From the NCBI GenBank assembly GCA_951406725.2, contig OX597814.1, positions 68,324,001 to 68,388,000 of the forward strand: DNA of 64,000 nucleotides. The letters are read 5' to 3'. Of this stretch, positions 1 to 13,007 are shown one piece after another. Under the pieces are notes generated by a model. That model was not told the DNA's origin. It searched no databases and was given only the letters and a program-made list of their open reading frames with translations. Within the stretch, counting starts at the first letter, position 1. The number at the start of each line of letters is the position of its first letter. Origin of the DNA: Octopus vulgaris (lineage: Eukaryota). The position numbers and the translations under genes were made by a program.

Positions 1-1090
1 AACACAATACAATAGATGATATAATTCCTTTAGTGATTAACTGGCACCTAAATTTCGCTGGCATTTCAAAAGTGTTGCATGCAATTTACCAGTATGTGGC
101 GAAAAAATATGCTCGTTTCAAAAAGATATTTCCTCAGCCGCCTATTGTAGTCTTTAGACGGAATAAGAATATAAGAGAATTATTGATCTCTATTTCTGAC
201 TCCAAGAAAAGGAATATTGGAGTATCTGCACGATGTACCATGAAAAACAGCTGCAAGGGAGGTAAGCCCTCTTCATTGTGCAACCACATTTGTCAAGTGT
301 ATTCCATCAGGAATCATAACAGAAATGTTGTGATTTATACAGTAGGTGGGACATGTGGAGATTCCCATTTGGTGTACGCGGTTGAGTGCACGAAACACAA
401 CTCGATTTATGTTAGTTGTACAACAGAACAATCAAACAAAAGATTTAATGGGCATAGATTCGACTTCAGACAATAACATCAGTTCGACAGAGCTTGCTGA
501 AAATTTCGTTTCAAACGGCTGCAATTTTGAAAAAGACTTAAAAGTGCATATTCTCAGAAAATTTTCTGAATCTGCTTCACTTTCACTTCTCAGAATGCAT
601 GAGGAGAAATATGTTTGTGGGTTATTAACATCACGCCCTGGAGAAATTAATAAAAGAAAGAATATCCTCAAATATATACAAAACTGTTTGATTAAATATT
701 CTTCATTTTCTCTATTTTCTTTCCTCCTTTTCTGTCTTTTTCTGTCTTTTTTTTTCTTTATTCTCTTTTCACCTGTTTAAAGACTGATGATGTCATTCCA
801 TCAGTATGGCGGATACATACTTCACCTCCATCATCATTCATAATCTCACCATTGTGTCCTGCCCCAGTTACATCTTGATTGGGCTGGAGTGTCTCTTGTT
901 TATTTTCTTGTGAAAGGGACGCGTTCTAATGGTCAGGTAGTTAGTCTGGAATTTTGAATTTTTATTTTGAACTTGAAAAAGACAGACTTACTGTTGAAAT
1001 ATCGTTCAACCAATGGAATATATCTATTACAATCGAATCGCGCTCTTCATCTTGACTGTTTACCTTTGTGAAGAGTTACGCCAATCCTTT
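1..1090 (+). mobile_element. 3' fragment of a degenerate Penelope-like element (GIY-YIG endonuclease end plus 3' UTR/pLTR)
   Basis: Frameshifted ORFs 33-476 and 346-780 give VFRRNKNIRELL, a Cys-rich linker, LVYAVECTKHNSIYV...NKRFNGHRFD and LRMHEEKY, typical of PLE GIY-YIG C-termini. An HHR motif follows. Confidence 0.75.
967..1009 (+). ncRNA. Minimal type I hammerhead ribozyme motif, U3-A8 core variant
   Basis: ttgaac-TTGAAAA-a-gacag(actta)ctgtt-GAAA-ta-TC-gttcaa. Stem I is ttgaac/gttcaa, stem II is gacag/ctgtt, and stem III is ultra-short. Confidence 0.6.
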
Positions 1091-1271
1091 TTAAAATAAT
1101 AATGATAATAATAATAATAATAATAATTCCCTTTTCTGCTTTATTGTATACCGCGTATATTTTTACCTTTTTATCATTTTATTATATGTAAACTCCCACA
1201 CTTTATTGTATTGTCCCTTTGTATTGTCCCTTCCTCCATCCTTCGTCCTGGTGGCAAATATAAGAGATCGT

Positions 1272-1463
<192 letters not shown>

Positions 1464-1464
1464 T

Positions 1465-1841
1465 TTCAGTAGTTTTATTTTTATAGCGTGCTTTCACTTC
1501 ACTACCGAGCGCATGTGTGATTTGTTGTGATGCTCTGATGGTTATTGTATGGAAAGTGTTCTGCGTAGGATGTGTGCAGTGCCTAGTAGTGCAATTTTCT
1601 GTATGTTATATGTGTTTGTAAGTCCTGGTGTTTTTGTTATGTATTTGTCTGAATATTTTTTTATCATGCCTAATGCACCTACTATGATAGGAATTGTTTC
1701 TGTTTTTAGATTCCACATTCTGGTTACCTCTATTTCCAGGTCTTTGATTTTGAAAGTTTCTCCATTTCTTTTAGAGATACGTTGTCATCTGCCCCGGTAT
1801 TGATACATCAATTAGAAAGCATTTTTTTCCTTCATGATCTC
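1465..1841 (-). mobile_element. 3' fragment of an R4/Dong-type LINE, same family as 53670-56500
   Basis: It is the near-identical reverse complement of about 56102-56500. The antisense ORF MESVLRRMCAVPSS... occurs at both loci, and the fragment ends in the trinucleotide tract. Confidence 0.9.
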
Positions 1842-2099
1842 CGAGATTTCTACAGATCTGTAGATACAGCACTAAGAACAACTAATAAGTATTAGTGGGC
1901 GATCAGAATAGTATCTAGCCGGACGCAATAATTAGTCTAGAGTGGGGCGCTAATATCTTCACAAACGCACTTTTGCAGTTCAAAGTGTTTGAAAAATATT
2001 GCTTAGATCTCTGAAAGGCTTCATTGTGAAGCTTTGAGGTTGAATTTCAATATTTTTTGTTAGATTGATAGATGGTGTAGTGCAAGGTATCGAGCGTTT

Positions 2100-2630
2100 C
2101 GGATATTATGTGTTGACATAATTATTTTACAAACTCCAGCGTTCTCCAGTTTTGGGGTTAATTCCCTACTCTCCCTTCTATATACCAATGACTTACTTGA
2201 CATCACATTCAACGATACCCACTCTTATGCAGGAAACACAGCTTTTTATTGCTGTCTCACATTTCCCAACCATGTGTATCTGCTCGCAAGCTAGACACAC
2301 AGAGTCAATCAACATTAATTTTATGAACAGAGACATACAATAGGAATATGCAAGCATGTTCTTTTCAACACCTGCTGCACAAACATACATCCTAGACTAC
2401 ATCTAGAAAAGAGCCACCTATCTGATTCGCATAAAGTCAGTCACTGATGCACCCCAGCCTCTCGCACACAAACCATTTGTATTTCTTCTTTCAGTCACAT
2501 ATACTGTGTCTAATTCCACAGGCTATGCACTAATCACTATTTCCAGCCCTTCCTCCCTAGAATTCCGTCTCTCTAGAAGCCCATCCATCCACCACCACAT
2601 GTCTTTTTCGAAGGTGCTGACTTATAAATG
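2100..2630 (+). mobile_element. Highly degraded CR1/L2-like LINE RT remnant
   Basis: Fragments resemble 'THSYAxxxxL' (YADD-like) and 'AAQTYILDYIxKRATYLI...PQPLAH'. Many lesions. Confidence 0.35.
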
Positions 2631-3641
2631 TCCCTGAGAAGTATTAACGAATCAATCTTGCGAATGAGGAAGGGCCTGCGGAGAGCAAGGGCACCATTCT
2701 TCCCCTAAGCTCAATATGTAAAGAAATAATAATAAATAGAATAAACTCATGAGCCAGTTACTGGAAATTGTGCAATTTGGGGGAGCAGAAATCAATAAAA
2801 CATCGGGGTGTATTAGTTAAGTGGGAATTCATGAAGACTTTCATTAGAATGTCATTATTGTAGAGAACGCTTTGACAGTAGAGACTTTATCCGTCTATTA
2901 GCAGAGGTACATAGAAAAGCACTACATATAATATAATTTTCGACCATTGATTTGACGTCAAATGTTTGATGTATGCTTTGAAAAAGAATGGCAAAAATTC
3001 GTTTGGAGCGGCGGGGATATAGGTGCAGCTTGTCACTAAAGATATATGAACATGTCAGAAAGATTTCCTTCTGTTTTAGCAACAGTCCTTTGCAACGGAT
3101 AGGTGATTGGGAGTATACCCAAGCATATGAGCCGAGAAGTGATGATATCGTTGAGAAAAGATCCAAGTAAAAAGTACATAATATACAAATTTAAACCTAT
3201 AATTCTGCTAAACATAAAGTTAAGAATTTTTAACTAAGATCTTCGCCAAGAAGTCGGAAATGCTCAAACATTTGCGATCACCAGCAGGTTTATCAACAAC
3301 AACTTATTGCGTCCATCTAATGCGATACATTGTAACGCACAGCTTTTGTTTTGGTGGGGTAGTGCTAAATTTAGTTCAATCTGGTTTCTGACAGTCAACT
3401 TTTGTTATGACAGCTATTTTGAATAGCGAAGTCTTCCACAGAAGCTGAATTGCGGCAATACATAACGGTATCTGTTCAGCGATCAGACTATACACAGACA
3501 TGCAGGAAGTATATAGACACCTTTAATTTTCAAAATTTCTTATCTAAGCATCTTAATATGTTTTCAGCGGTGTAGAATTTACAATGTAATTATTCTTTTT
3601 CATTCCAGGGGCCATTATATTAAAAATTTGCGAAGAGTAAA

Positions 3642-4365
3642 CATGCCACGCACAAAAAAATTGTTGGGCAATCTGAGGCTGGTCTTAGCCAGCGAAAAAT
3701 TACCGAAAATCTTCAAACTCCTCTTGCTACTATTAATAGAATTATAGTACAATTACAATTCAAAAGCCAAGGAAAAGAATCAACAGATTCTCGTCCCGGC
3801 CGACCCGGGCCTTCAGAAAGGAAACTTCGCTGTTTGAAGAGAATTGTGGAAAACGAACCCCGTTCGAAGGCATCTGACATTGCAAAACAGCTAGAAGTTA
3901 GTCCAAGAACATGTGTTACATATCTGCATAAGATTGGGGATTATAGACGAGCAGCTTGAAGAAAACCTCTCCTTCAACCAATTAATATCATGAAAAGAAA
4001 GAAATAGGCTAAGGAGATGAGAAAAATCCATTTCATTTTGGTATAGAGTGATTTTCTCAGATAAATCCAGATTTGCATTATTTTCAGACAGCGGACGTGT
4101 TTGGGTCTGGAGGCTTCCCATTCAAGAATTTGATTTGAAACGACTCCAACTAACTGTGAAATATGGCGTTATCTGTGTAATGGTCGTTTTGAGCTTATCG
4201 AATGTGTTGGAACCATAAACTCTGAAAAATATATCGAAATACTTAAGAAAGGACTACTTCCGATGTATTCACACGATAACATAACGAAAAATGAGTTTTT
4301 ATTCATGGAAGATGGGGCTCCATGCCACACAGCGAAAAGGAATCAACAACGGCTGTCTGAAAATC
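3642..4365 (+). mobile_element. Degenerate Tc1-like transposase remnant
   Basis: Broken frames give MPRTK..IVGQSEAGLSQRKI, VIFSDKSRF..FSDSGRVWVWR, INSEKYIEIL and FMEDGAPCHTAK. Confidence 0.75.
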
Positions 4366-4369
4366 AATA

Positions 4370-5418
4370 ATGGCTGTCTGCGCATGCGTGCTTATAGTTT
4401 GAGCCTGATCGCGCCATTTTTCTTTCTGGCTTTATAGTGTAAGCAATATGCACGAACGAAGAAGAGCAATAATCTGATTTATCTGGTCAGAAGGCGTTTC
4501 AGATGTGTCAGGAGACCTGTCAACATCCACCACTGACGAGAAGATTCAGTAAGCTCGAGAGCCTGGTTATGGTGAACCGACGAGCTATCATCGATGAGGT
4601 AGCACGTTCTCTGCAGATTAGACATGGTTCTTCCGATCAAATCATACACGATGAGCTTGGCTTCCATAAAGTCTGTGCAAGATGAGTGCCATGAGAGCTT
4701 ACTGCAGAACACAAGCGCAAACGTCTTAAGGACTGCCAACGTTTACTCGATCGCTACAACAATGAGGGCGAGGAAATTTTGAACAGAATAGACACAGGAG
4801 ATGAAACGTGGGTCCATCATCATGAGGCAGAATCCAAAAGACAGACTATGGAGCGGAAACATCCTGGCTCACCAGTGACGAAATTATTCAATGCTCAGTC
4901 AACTATAGACCCTTTTGGGGCACTAAAAAGGGTCTATAGTAGAATATATCTGGAAAAGAAGTGTACGATCAACAGTGCAAGATACAGTGCTTTGCTGGTC
5001 AACAAACTGAAGCCAGCAATTTGCACCAAACGCCAAAGCCTATTGTCGAACAAAGTTTTGTTGTTGCATGACAAATCATACCCATACACAGCCGCCCAGA
5101 CCATTAAACCATTAATCAATTGGCATTTGAGCAGCCTACAGCGCAGATCTTGCCCCTGCCGTCTACCATATCTTTGAACCGCTCAAAGATGGTTTACGAG
5201 GTCGTCGATTTCCTACAGTTGAAGATGTGAAGGAAGCAGTGCATAAATGGTTGCACGACCAACCGAAAACTTTCTTGGAAGGAATACGTAAGGTTGTGGA
5301 ACGCTGAACCAAGTGCATCGAAAAGGAAGGAGACTATATAGAAAAATGACATACTTGTTTATCCCCTGTTTTTGTGAAGATACATTGAAAAAGAAGAGTG
5401 TGTATAATTTTTGACTCT
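4370..5418 (+). mobile_element. Degenerate mariner transposon
   Basis: IIHDELGFHKVCAR*VP*EL (WVPHEL-like), TGDETWVHH, LLHDK, YSADLAP (YSPDLAP-like) and KCIEKEGDYIEK* ending near 5349. Confidence 0.9.
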
Positions 5419-5659
5419 AAGATGTAGAACAGTGAATATTAAATGACCTGAGATGCTCGTCCTGCATTGGTTTTGATTTCCTTCTCTTTTAATATATACC
5501 TGCTGACTCGGAAATCTACACGGATCCAGCCTCAACTGTGAGCTTGGAACCTAACACATGACCAATTATAGCACTTACGCAGAGTAACCGTTGGTTTAGG
5601 TCATCAGTTAACTAAACCCAATATATCATATATATCCATATAATAAAAATAAATGCGCC

Positions 5660-5792
5660 CTTTATAAAGTTTCAATGACGTATGTGTTCCCCAGCTGGAC
5701 GGAACGCCAGTCCATCGCAGCATTACTCACTTTTGCCAGCTGAGTGGACTGGAGCAACGTGAAATGAAGTGCTTTGCTCAAGAACACAACGC
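5660..5792. repeat. SINE fragment (CORE/V-domain-like)
   Basis: ctggacggaacgccagtccatcgcag...gagtggactggagcaacgtgaaatgaagtgctttgctcaagaacacaac resembles conserved SINE central domains. Confidence 0.55.
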
Positions 5793-5793
5793 A

Positions 5794-5909
<116 letters not shown>

Positions 5910-6119
5910 TATATATTTATATATATATATATATATTTATATACGTTTAAATATTTGTTGTGCAAGATTTTTTATGTGAAGTCGTGTGTTGAAACAGATA
6001 TTGTTATATTTCGGAATGGTCATATTGCCAGTTTAGCCAATAAAAACACACGCACTATATATTTGGTGTTATTTTGCTTCAGTGATATTTATTTTTTACA
6101 TTAATCTTAATCTTATTTC

Positions 6120-6164
6120 GGCCAAAGTTCTTTCGTCACACTCCTGTGACTGCATCAGTGGTCC
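6120..6164 (-). ncRNA. Hammerhead-like motif in the Naiad 3' UTR
   Basis: Reverse complement of the copy at 8281-8325. Confidence 0.5.
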
Positions 6165-6640
6165 TTTGTTTTCTTCTCACTTACTTGTGTCTCTCCTTAC
6201 TAACCGTCAGCCATTTTGTATTTCTATTGTATGTCTTCATTTGCGCATGCTTATATCTCTATGTGCGTCTATGTTTATTTAGTGTGTGTGGGGGGGGGAT
6301 GCCTGTAATATTTGTATCTTCTGGTTATATACATTCTTGTAATTTGTATTTTGTTTTTGTTGTTGTTGCTTTTGTTCTAATTTTGTTCATGTGTTTACAT
6401 CCACCCATTATTATCATTACATATGCTTGTATGTATGTATAACAACAATATTAGTAATAATAATAATAAATCTAATCGAAAAAAAAAAAAAAAGAATATA
6501 CATATATATATATATATACATACATATACATATACATATACATATATATACATATATACACACATATATACACATATAGATATTCATTTCTATTTCTTTA
6601 ATTACCTGTGTATTTATTATGTTTGCAGGATCCACTATTG

Positions 6641-7947
6641 TCATATGTTGTGGTGTGCGCTATTGCTCCATTCTAGTTTTCTATTCAGGCTAGGTTTATT
6701 TTCTATTATATGTGTAGCTTCTGTAATTTGTCTAATTGTTGCATCTGTTCTATGTGTGGACAATATCTTAATCTCTATGTTATTGATTGATCCCCCGTGT
6801 TCTTGTTCGACGTGTTGGTACAGAATCGATGAGCTTTTACCTTCCTTGAGTTGTCTCCAATGTTCATTCACCCGCTCACCAATGCTTCTTGCAGTTTCCC
6901 CTACGTATGTTACTGTCTTGTTACTGCATCGTCCCTCTATACATCTTATACTATAGACCACATTTCTGGCTTTACAGTTCGTTTGTGGGCTAAATCTACA
7001 TACAGTGCAATAGTTATCCGTACAGAGAGTTCTACTAAAAGGATAGCTTCTACCAATTATAGATCTGATAGGGTTGCCTGGCTTTTCAACAACCTTAATT
7101 CTTAGTTTAAGTTTATCTAGGGTCCTTCTAAAGCGGTACGCTAGTTCACCTCCAGGGGTGGTGTCAACGAACATGACACTCTGGTATTTATGGCTATCAT
7201 ACCAAGAGTTGGCCTTCCCTATTTTCTTTTTTGTCCTTTCTATAGTGTTCCATGACTTGTTCCTATAGAGTGGGCAAATCCCATTCCTATCATTACATAA
7301 TATATTATCAAATTTCTTCATGGCTCCTTTGTATACTCTGATCCTTTCTTTATGGCTGTAACCTGAGAACTGCATGCGGTGAATGAAATACTGTATGTGT
7401 CTCTTTAATTCTGTAGGCTCGCACATGCGTGACACATTTCTCATTATTCTGACGAGGTCTGCCATCAAAATATTGAATTTGGCATTGCCCGCAATGGCTG
7501 AGTTCCGGTGGATCAGGTATTTTGAGGCCATAGGTTTTGCATAGTATGAATGAAGGATTTGGGTTTGGGTTTTATTTTTCACAATTCCTAGCCAGAGTTC
7601 AGTGTCTAGTACTGGTAGTCTATGGTTGGGGTGTTTAGTGGGGTAGTCTATTGTGACCTTAATACTCTGGTGGATGGAGTTAGCTATTTGCTGGATGCTC
7701 TCCAGAGTATTAGTTTCTATTACTATATCAACAGTACTCTCTTGTGGGGGTGCCTTTACTACTATGTTGATATCATCAACATAGCGAGAGTACATGTTTA
7801 CGAGTATGGATTTCTGCAGTAGGCATTCTTTAAGCCTTCTGTCCCACCATACCATGAAGAGGTTGGCCACATCACCAGCGATACTAACACCGATGGCTGC
7901 CCCCTCGTCCTGGGCATATATTTTATTATTAAATTTAAATGTGTGGC
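6641..7947 (-). CDS. PLE reverse transcriptase (C-terminal half) plus GIY-YIG endonuclease, 5'-truncated
   Basis: Open frame: AQDEGAAIGVSIAGDVANLFMVWWDR, RYVDD, LPVLD, CTDNYCTVC, NVVYSIRC...C...YVGET...EH...H and IRQITEA. Confidence 0.9.
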
Positions 7948-8280
7948 CTTTTTTTTTTTTTTTTTTTTTCGATTAGATTTATTATTATTATTACTAATAT
8001 TGTTGTTATACATACATACAAGCATATATAATGATAATAATGGGTGGATGTAAACACATGAACAAAATTAGAACAAAATCAACAACAACAAAAACAAAAT
8101 ACAAATTACAAGAATTTATATAACCAGAAGATACAAATATTACCGGCATCCCCCCCCACACACTAAATAAACATAGACGCACATAGAGATATAAGCATGC
8201 GCAAATGAAGACATACAATAGAAATACAAAATGGCTGACGGTTAGTAAGGAGAGACACAAGTAAGTGAGAAGAAAACAAA

Positions 8281-8325
8281 GGACCACTGATGCAGTCACA
8301 GGAGTGTGACGAAAGAACTTTGGCC
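8281..8325 (+). ncRNA. Hammerhead-like motif in the inverted pLTR
   Basis: ggacca-CTGATGC-a-gtcaca(ggag)tgtgac-GAAA-gaac-TT-tggcc. Stem II is a perfect 6 bp; the core is non-canonical. Confidence 0.5.
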
Positions 8326-8446
8326 GAAATAAGATTAAGATTAATGTAAAAAATAAATATCACTGAAGCAAAATAACACCAAATATATAGTGCGTGTGTT
8401 TTTATTGGCTAAACTGGCAATATGACCATTCCGAAATATAACAATA

Positions 8447-8983
<537 letters not shown>

Positions 8984-9153
8984 AAAGTTTGTTTGGTAAA
9001 GCACGTGGGTGAATATATAAGAAAATAGTAAAGTGTGAAAAAACGACAGAAGGCTTAAATGTTAAAAAATATATATATTTGTGTCAAAATGTCTGGAGAA
9101 TATTGGAAAAATTTTTTTCCTTTCCTTAAAATGACATAATTTAAAGTTTTTTA

Positions 9154-9193
9154 AAGAAATTACCGGTTTCGCGTGTAGCTTTTCAAATTTCTT
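9154..9193 (-). ncRNA. Minimal hammerhead ribozyme (inverted pLTR copy)
   Basis: Reverse complement of 12657-12696. Confidence 0.75.
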
Positions 9194-9539
9194 GTGACGT
9201 TATGTTTATATTGCATGGAGTTATCGTTGTATTTATTTTCAGGAGATTTCTAAATAAGGGGAGGTAGTGAGTGATTTCTTCCGGTGTAAGGGAGATAATC
9301 GCTTAAATTTTTTTTTCTTTTTCCCTTGTTCATTTCTCTGTGTCAGTATGTTCGGATGGTTTTTCCCTTTCCCTTGTTAATTTCTCTGTGTCAGTATGTT
9401 CGGATGGTTGAGTCTGTGTTTGTACTTTTCAATGAAGAATGTTTCCTTGTTCAGTCTCATTTGTGTTGATGATCCGAAAGCACATTGGTAAAATGGGAAG
9501 ATTAAAAATTGTGGCAGTAGTTGCTTTGCGCATTTCTCA

Positions 9540-10214
9540 ATGTGGGAGAAAAACATGGACTTCTTCCAAAAATATAGTGAAACCTTCAAAAATGAATTGG
9601 GTACAAATAATCCCTTCCTTAAGAAAATTACAATAAATAAAAAAGAAAAACCTAACAACCCACGAACAACCCCCAACTATCCTCCATACACTAAAAACAG
9701 AAATCACCCACAACCAACCTTTACAAACCACGCTAGACCTAACAGGGAACTAGCTGACAGAGGACGCGTCTATGAAAGAAATTACACCAAAAACAGAACA
9801 AACCAACAACATCCTAATACCAGACCCAACCACCATACAGCACAATACGACACTAGGATAAGAAATACACCACACACAAATCACTACTACCCCATGAACC
9901 AAAACTTCTGGTCCCCACTAAACACAAGACAAACGCAAAGAATCACTATGTCAAGCAACATCCCACATACAAGAAGTTCGAAACAAAAATATTTCCCATA
10001 CGGAAATTTTACACACACCACAAGCATTAACAACCATAGATTCCCACACACACACAACGATCGGAGGCAACAATACCACCACTCCCCCGACCAAATACCA
10101 CACAACCTCACAGACAACTCATACAAACAAAATTACACCCAACATTTTTTAGCCAGGGACCAGGGACACCAGGACACAGGCTGGAACCTAGTAATAAGGA
10201 AAAACCAAAGATAA
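9540..10214 (+). CDS. Upstream low-complexity (N/H/P/T/R-rich) ORF of the PLE, probably 5'-truncated by the inversion
   Basis: 224 open codons beginning at the inversion junction and overlapping the RT frame, which is -1 relative to it. Confidence 0.5.
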   Translation: MWEKNMDFFQKYSETFKNELGTNNPFLKKITINKKEKPNNPRTTPNYPPYTKNRNHPQPTFTNHARPNRELADRGRVYERNYTKNRTNQQHPNTRPNHHTAQYDTRIRNTPHTNHYYPMNQNFWSPLNTRQTQRITMSSNIPHTRSSKQKYFPYGNFTHTTSINNHRFPHTHNDRRQQYHHSPDQIPHNLTDNSYKQNYTQHFLARDQGHQDTGWNLVIRKNQR

Positions 10215-12475
10215 TCAATCTTTCAACCAAACCTCTTTCTAACATAAAAATTGACATCCTCGCAAAAGGGCTCAAATTTACACCAACTCCACGCAGAGCA
10301 AACCTAAATGAACTCAAGGATAATATAACAGAATTTTGCAGAAAATTAAGACTAGCAGAAGCATCAAACAGTTTCAATACTGAAGATGAATCACTAGTCA
10401 AGAACAAAAGTGAACACATCCCACACAGAGGAAGAAATAAAGATCTTGACGAATTCTGTAACCACATTGAGAACTTCCCTACCATACTATACATAAACAG
10501 AAAGCTAACCCAAATTTTAACACTACACAATGGAAAGAACTGATAGAACTCCAAAATGATGAAGATATAACCATTAAGGAAGCGGACAAGGGAAATGCAG
10601 TTGTAATAATGGATACATCATACTACAGAAATCTTGTAATTTCCTTGCTTGATGAAGACCTACATTATGAAAAAATTACCAACTACACCCCACAAAAAAT
10701 AATGAAAACTCTATCTTCACTAATTAAAACCCATGAAAAGGAACTGACAACCAAAGAGATTGATTTCCTAACAAACTTTAAATGCAAACCTAGCCTTTTC
10801 TATGGTCTGCCAAAAATTCATAAAAGTCAAATTATAAATGAAACCATTAAAAAATCACCAAAGACATACATACACACACCTAATCCGGGGGACCTAAAAC
10901 TACGACCCATTGTAGCTGGCCCAACCTGTGAAACACACAGACTAAGTCTACTTATGGACATCCTCCTGAAACCCTTCCTTAAACATATCGATAGCCATAT
11001 CAGAGATGACTTAGATATGTTAAACCACCTTCCAAAAAAAAAACAAGGAAGAAACAATCCTGGTTTCATTTGATGTAGTAAACTTGTATACCAGTATACC
11101 TCACAATTATGGACTGGAGGCAATACAGTTCTGGTTAGACCAATTTCCGGAAGAAATACCAAAAAGGATCAGTAAGGAATTCATTACTAAATCAATTGAA
11201 TTCATCCTACACAATAACCACTTCATGTTTGACAATACATTTTACCGTCAAAAATCCGGAATTGCTATGGGTACAAGGGCAGCACCAGTCATTGCGAACT
11301 TAACAATGGGATACATGGAAATAATCATTTACCAGGAATCTCTATCAATCTTTGGAAACTCCCTCTCTCAATACATAAAAGAGAATTGGAAACGATTCCT
11401 AGACGATTGTTTCATTCTCTGGAATGAAAACATAGATAAACTCCAAAAATTTAAAAACCTATTGAACAGCATAAACCCAAATATACAGTTCACAATGGAA
11501 TACAACCAAAATGAGCTCCCGTTCTTGGATATACTAATTAAAAAAATTAACCTCAAAATAGAAACAGACATTTTTTACAAAGCCACAGACGCCAAACAAT
11601 ACCTTCTTTTTAATTCATGCCACCCAAGACACACTAAAACAAACATCCCCTTCAACCTTGCAAGAAGGATATGCACAATAGTGTCAGAACAAAATACCAG
11701 GAACTTTAGACTGCAAGAACTCAAAAACACCCTAATTGACAGACATTACCCAGCTCAACTCATAGAGGATGGGATTAGACGTGCAACAGAAATCAACATA
11801 GAAACTTTAAGAAAAGTTCAACACAACAACACACCTTCCCCGAAAATACTACCTTACATATCTACATACAACCCCAGAAACAAAGAAGCCTTCACCATCA
11901 TCACCCAGAATTTAGCAATACTTCATAAAAACCCAAAATTAAAGGAAATTCTAAACATACACCAAATCATTAAAAGCTACAAACAGCCTAAATCACTTAA
12001 AAAGATTCTCACAAAGGCAAAATTGTCTTCTAAAATTACGGATGCAAAAGTAAAAAAATGTGGTAGATCGAACTGTGCAACATGTCCTAACCTATTGGAA
12101 GGATCAGAATTCTTCTTTAAAGAGGGACAGAAATTCAAGATCAAATCTAATTTTACTTGTGCCTCTGAAAACATAATTTATGTCATTAAATGCTCGGGCT
12201 GCCACCAAGACTACGTGGGTTCCACGGGACTATCACTCAGGCGTAGATGCACACTGCATCGACAACAGATTGCATTCCCAGAATATAGAATGATACCTTT
12301 TAGTGAGCACATTGAGAAATGCGCAAAGCAACTACTGCCACAATTTTTAATCTTCCCATTTTACCAATGTGCTTTCGGATCATCAACACAAATGAGACTG
12401 AACAAGGAAACATTCTTCATTGAAAAGTACAAACCCAGACTCAACCATCCGAACATACTGACACAGAGAAATTAA
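10151..12475 (+). pseudogene. PLE RT plus GIY-YIG ORF with two frameshifts (about 10500, and the A-run at about 11035-11043)
   Basis: IINLS..LAKGLKFTPTP, KEADKG, FYGLPKIHK, RPIV, SFDVVNLYT, GIAMGT, RFLDD, LPFLD, CGRSNCATC and IIYVIKCSGCHQDYVG. Confidence 0.92.
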
Positions 12476-12656
12476 CAAGGGAAAGGAAAAACCATCCGAA
12501 CATACTGACACAGAGAAATGAACAAGGGAAAAGGAAAAAAGATTTTAAGCGATTATCTCCCTTACACCGGAAGAAATCACTCACTACCTCCCCTTATTTA
12601 GAAATCCCTGAAAATAAATACAACGATAACTCCATGCAATATACACATAACGTCAC

Positions 12657-12696
12657 AAGAAATTTGAAAAGCTACACGCGAAACCGGTAATTTCTT
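12657..12696 (+). ncRNA. Minimal type I hammerhead ribozyme, U3-A8 core variant
   Basis: aagaaat-TTGAAAA-gc(tacac)gc-GAAA-ccgg-TA-atttctt. Stem I is 7 bp, stem III is the palindrome ACCGGT, and the cleavage triplet is GUA. Confidence 0.8.
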
Positions 12697-12955
12697 TAAA
12701 AAATTTTAAAATTATGTCATTTTAAGGAAAGGAAAAAAATTTTTCCAATATTCTCCAGACATTTTGACACAAATATATATATTTTTTAACATTTAAGCCT
12801 TCTGTCGTTTTTTCACACTTTACTATTTTCTTATATATATATATATATATATATATATAGCCTTTTTCTATTTGCAATATGCATTTTCGTTGATTTTTCA
12901 TATTTTACCCTTACATTTCCACGTGTATCTTATATTTCTTTTCGTAACATATTTC

Positions 12956-12990
<35 letters not shown>

Positions 12991-13007
12991 TATTTGCAAA
13001 GGCTTCT

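Larger units (their letters stand above)
5945..8446 (-). mobile_element. 5'-truncated Naiad-type Penelope-like element with an inverted pseudo-LTR, flanked by (TA)n
   Basis: It carries an RT/GIY-YIG ORF. The 3' UTR at about 5998-6492 is repeated in inverted orientation at about 7948-8446. (TA)n lies on both sides. Confidence 0.9.

Noticed and set aside
2855-3170. Overlapping ORFs of 103 and 60 aa
   Set aside because: No recognisable motif or convincing exon structure.
6641-7947. Selenocysteine-coding Naiad
   Set aside because: No in-frame TGA in the retained ORF; the zinc-finger positions are ordinary Cys.
12443-12540. About 48-bp tandem duplication at the PLE stop codon
   Set aside because: Real and present in both pLTR copies, but an ordinary internal duplication.
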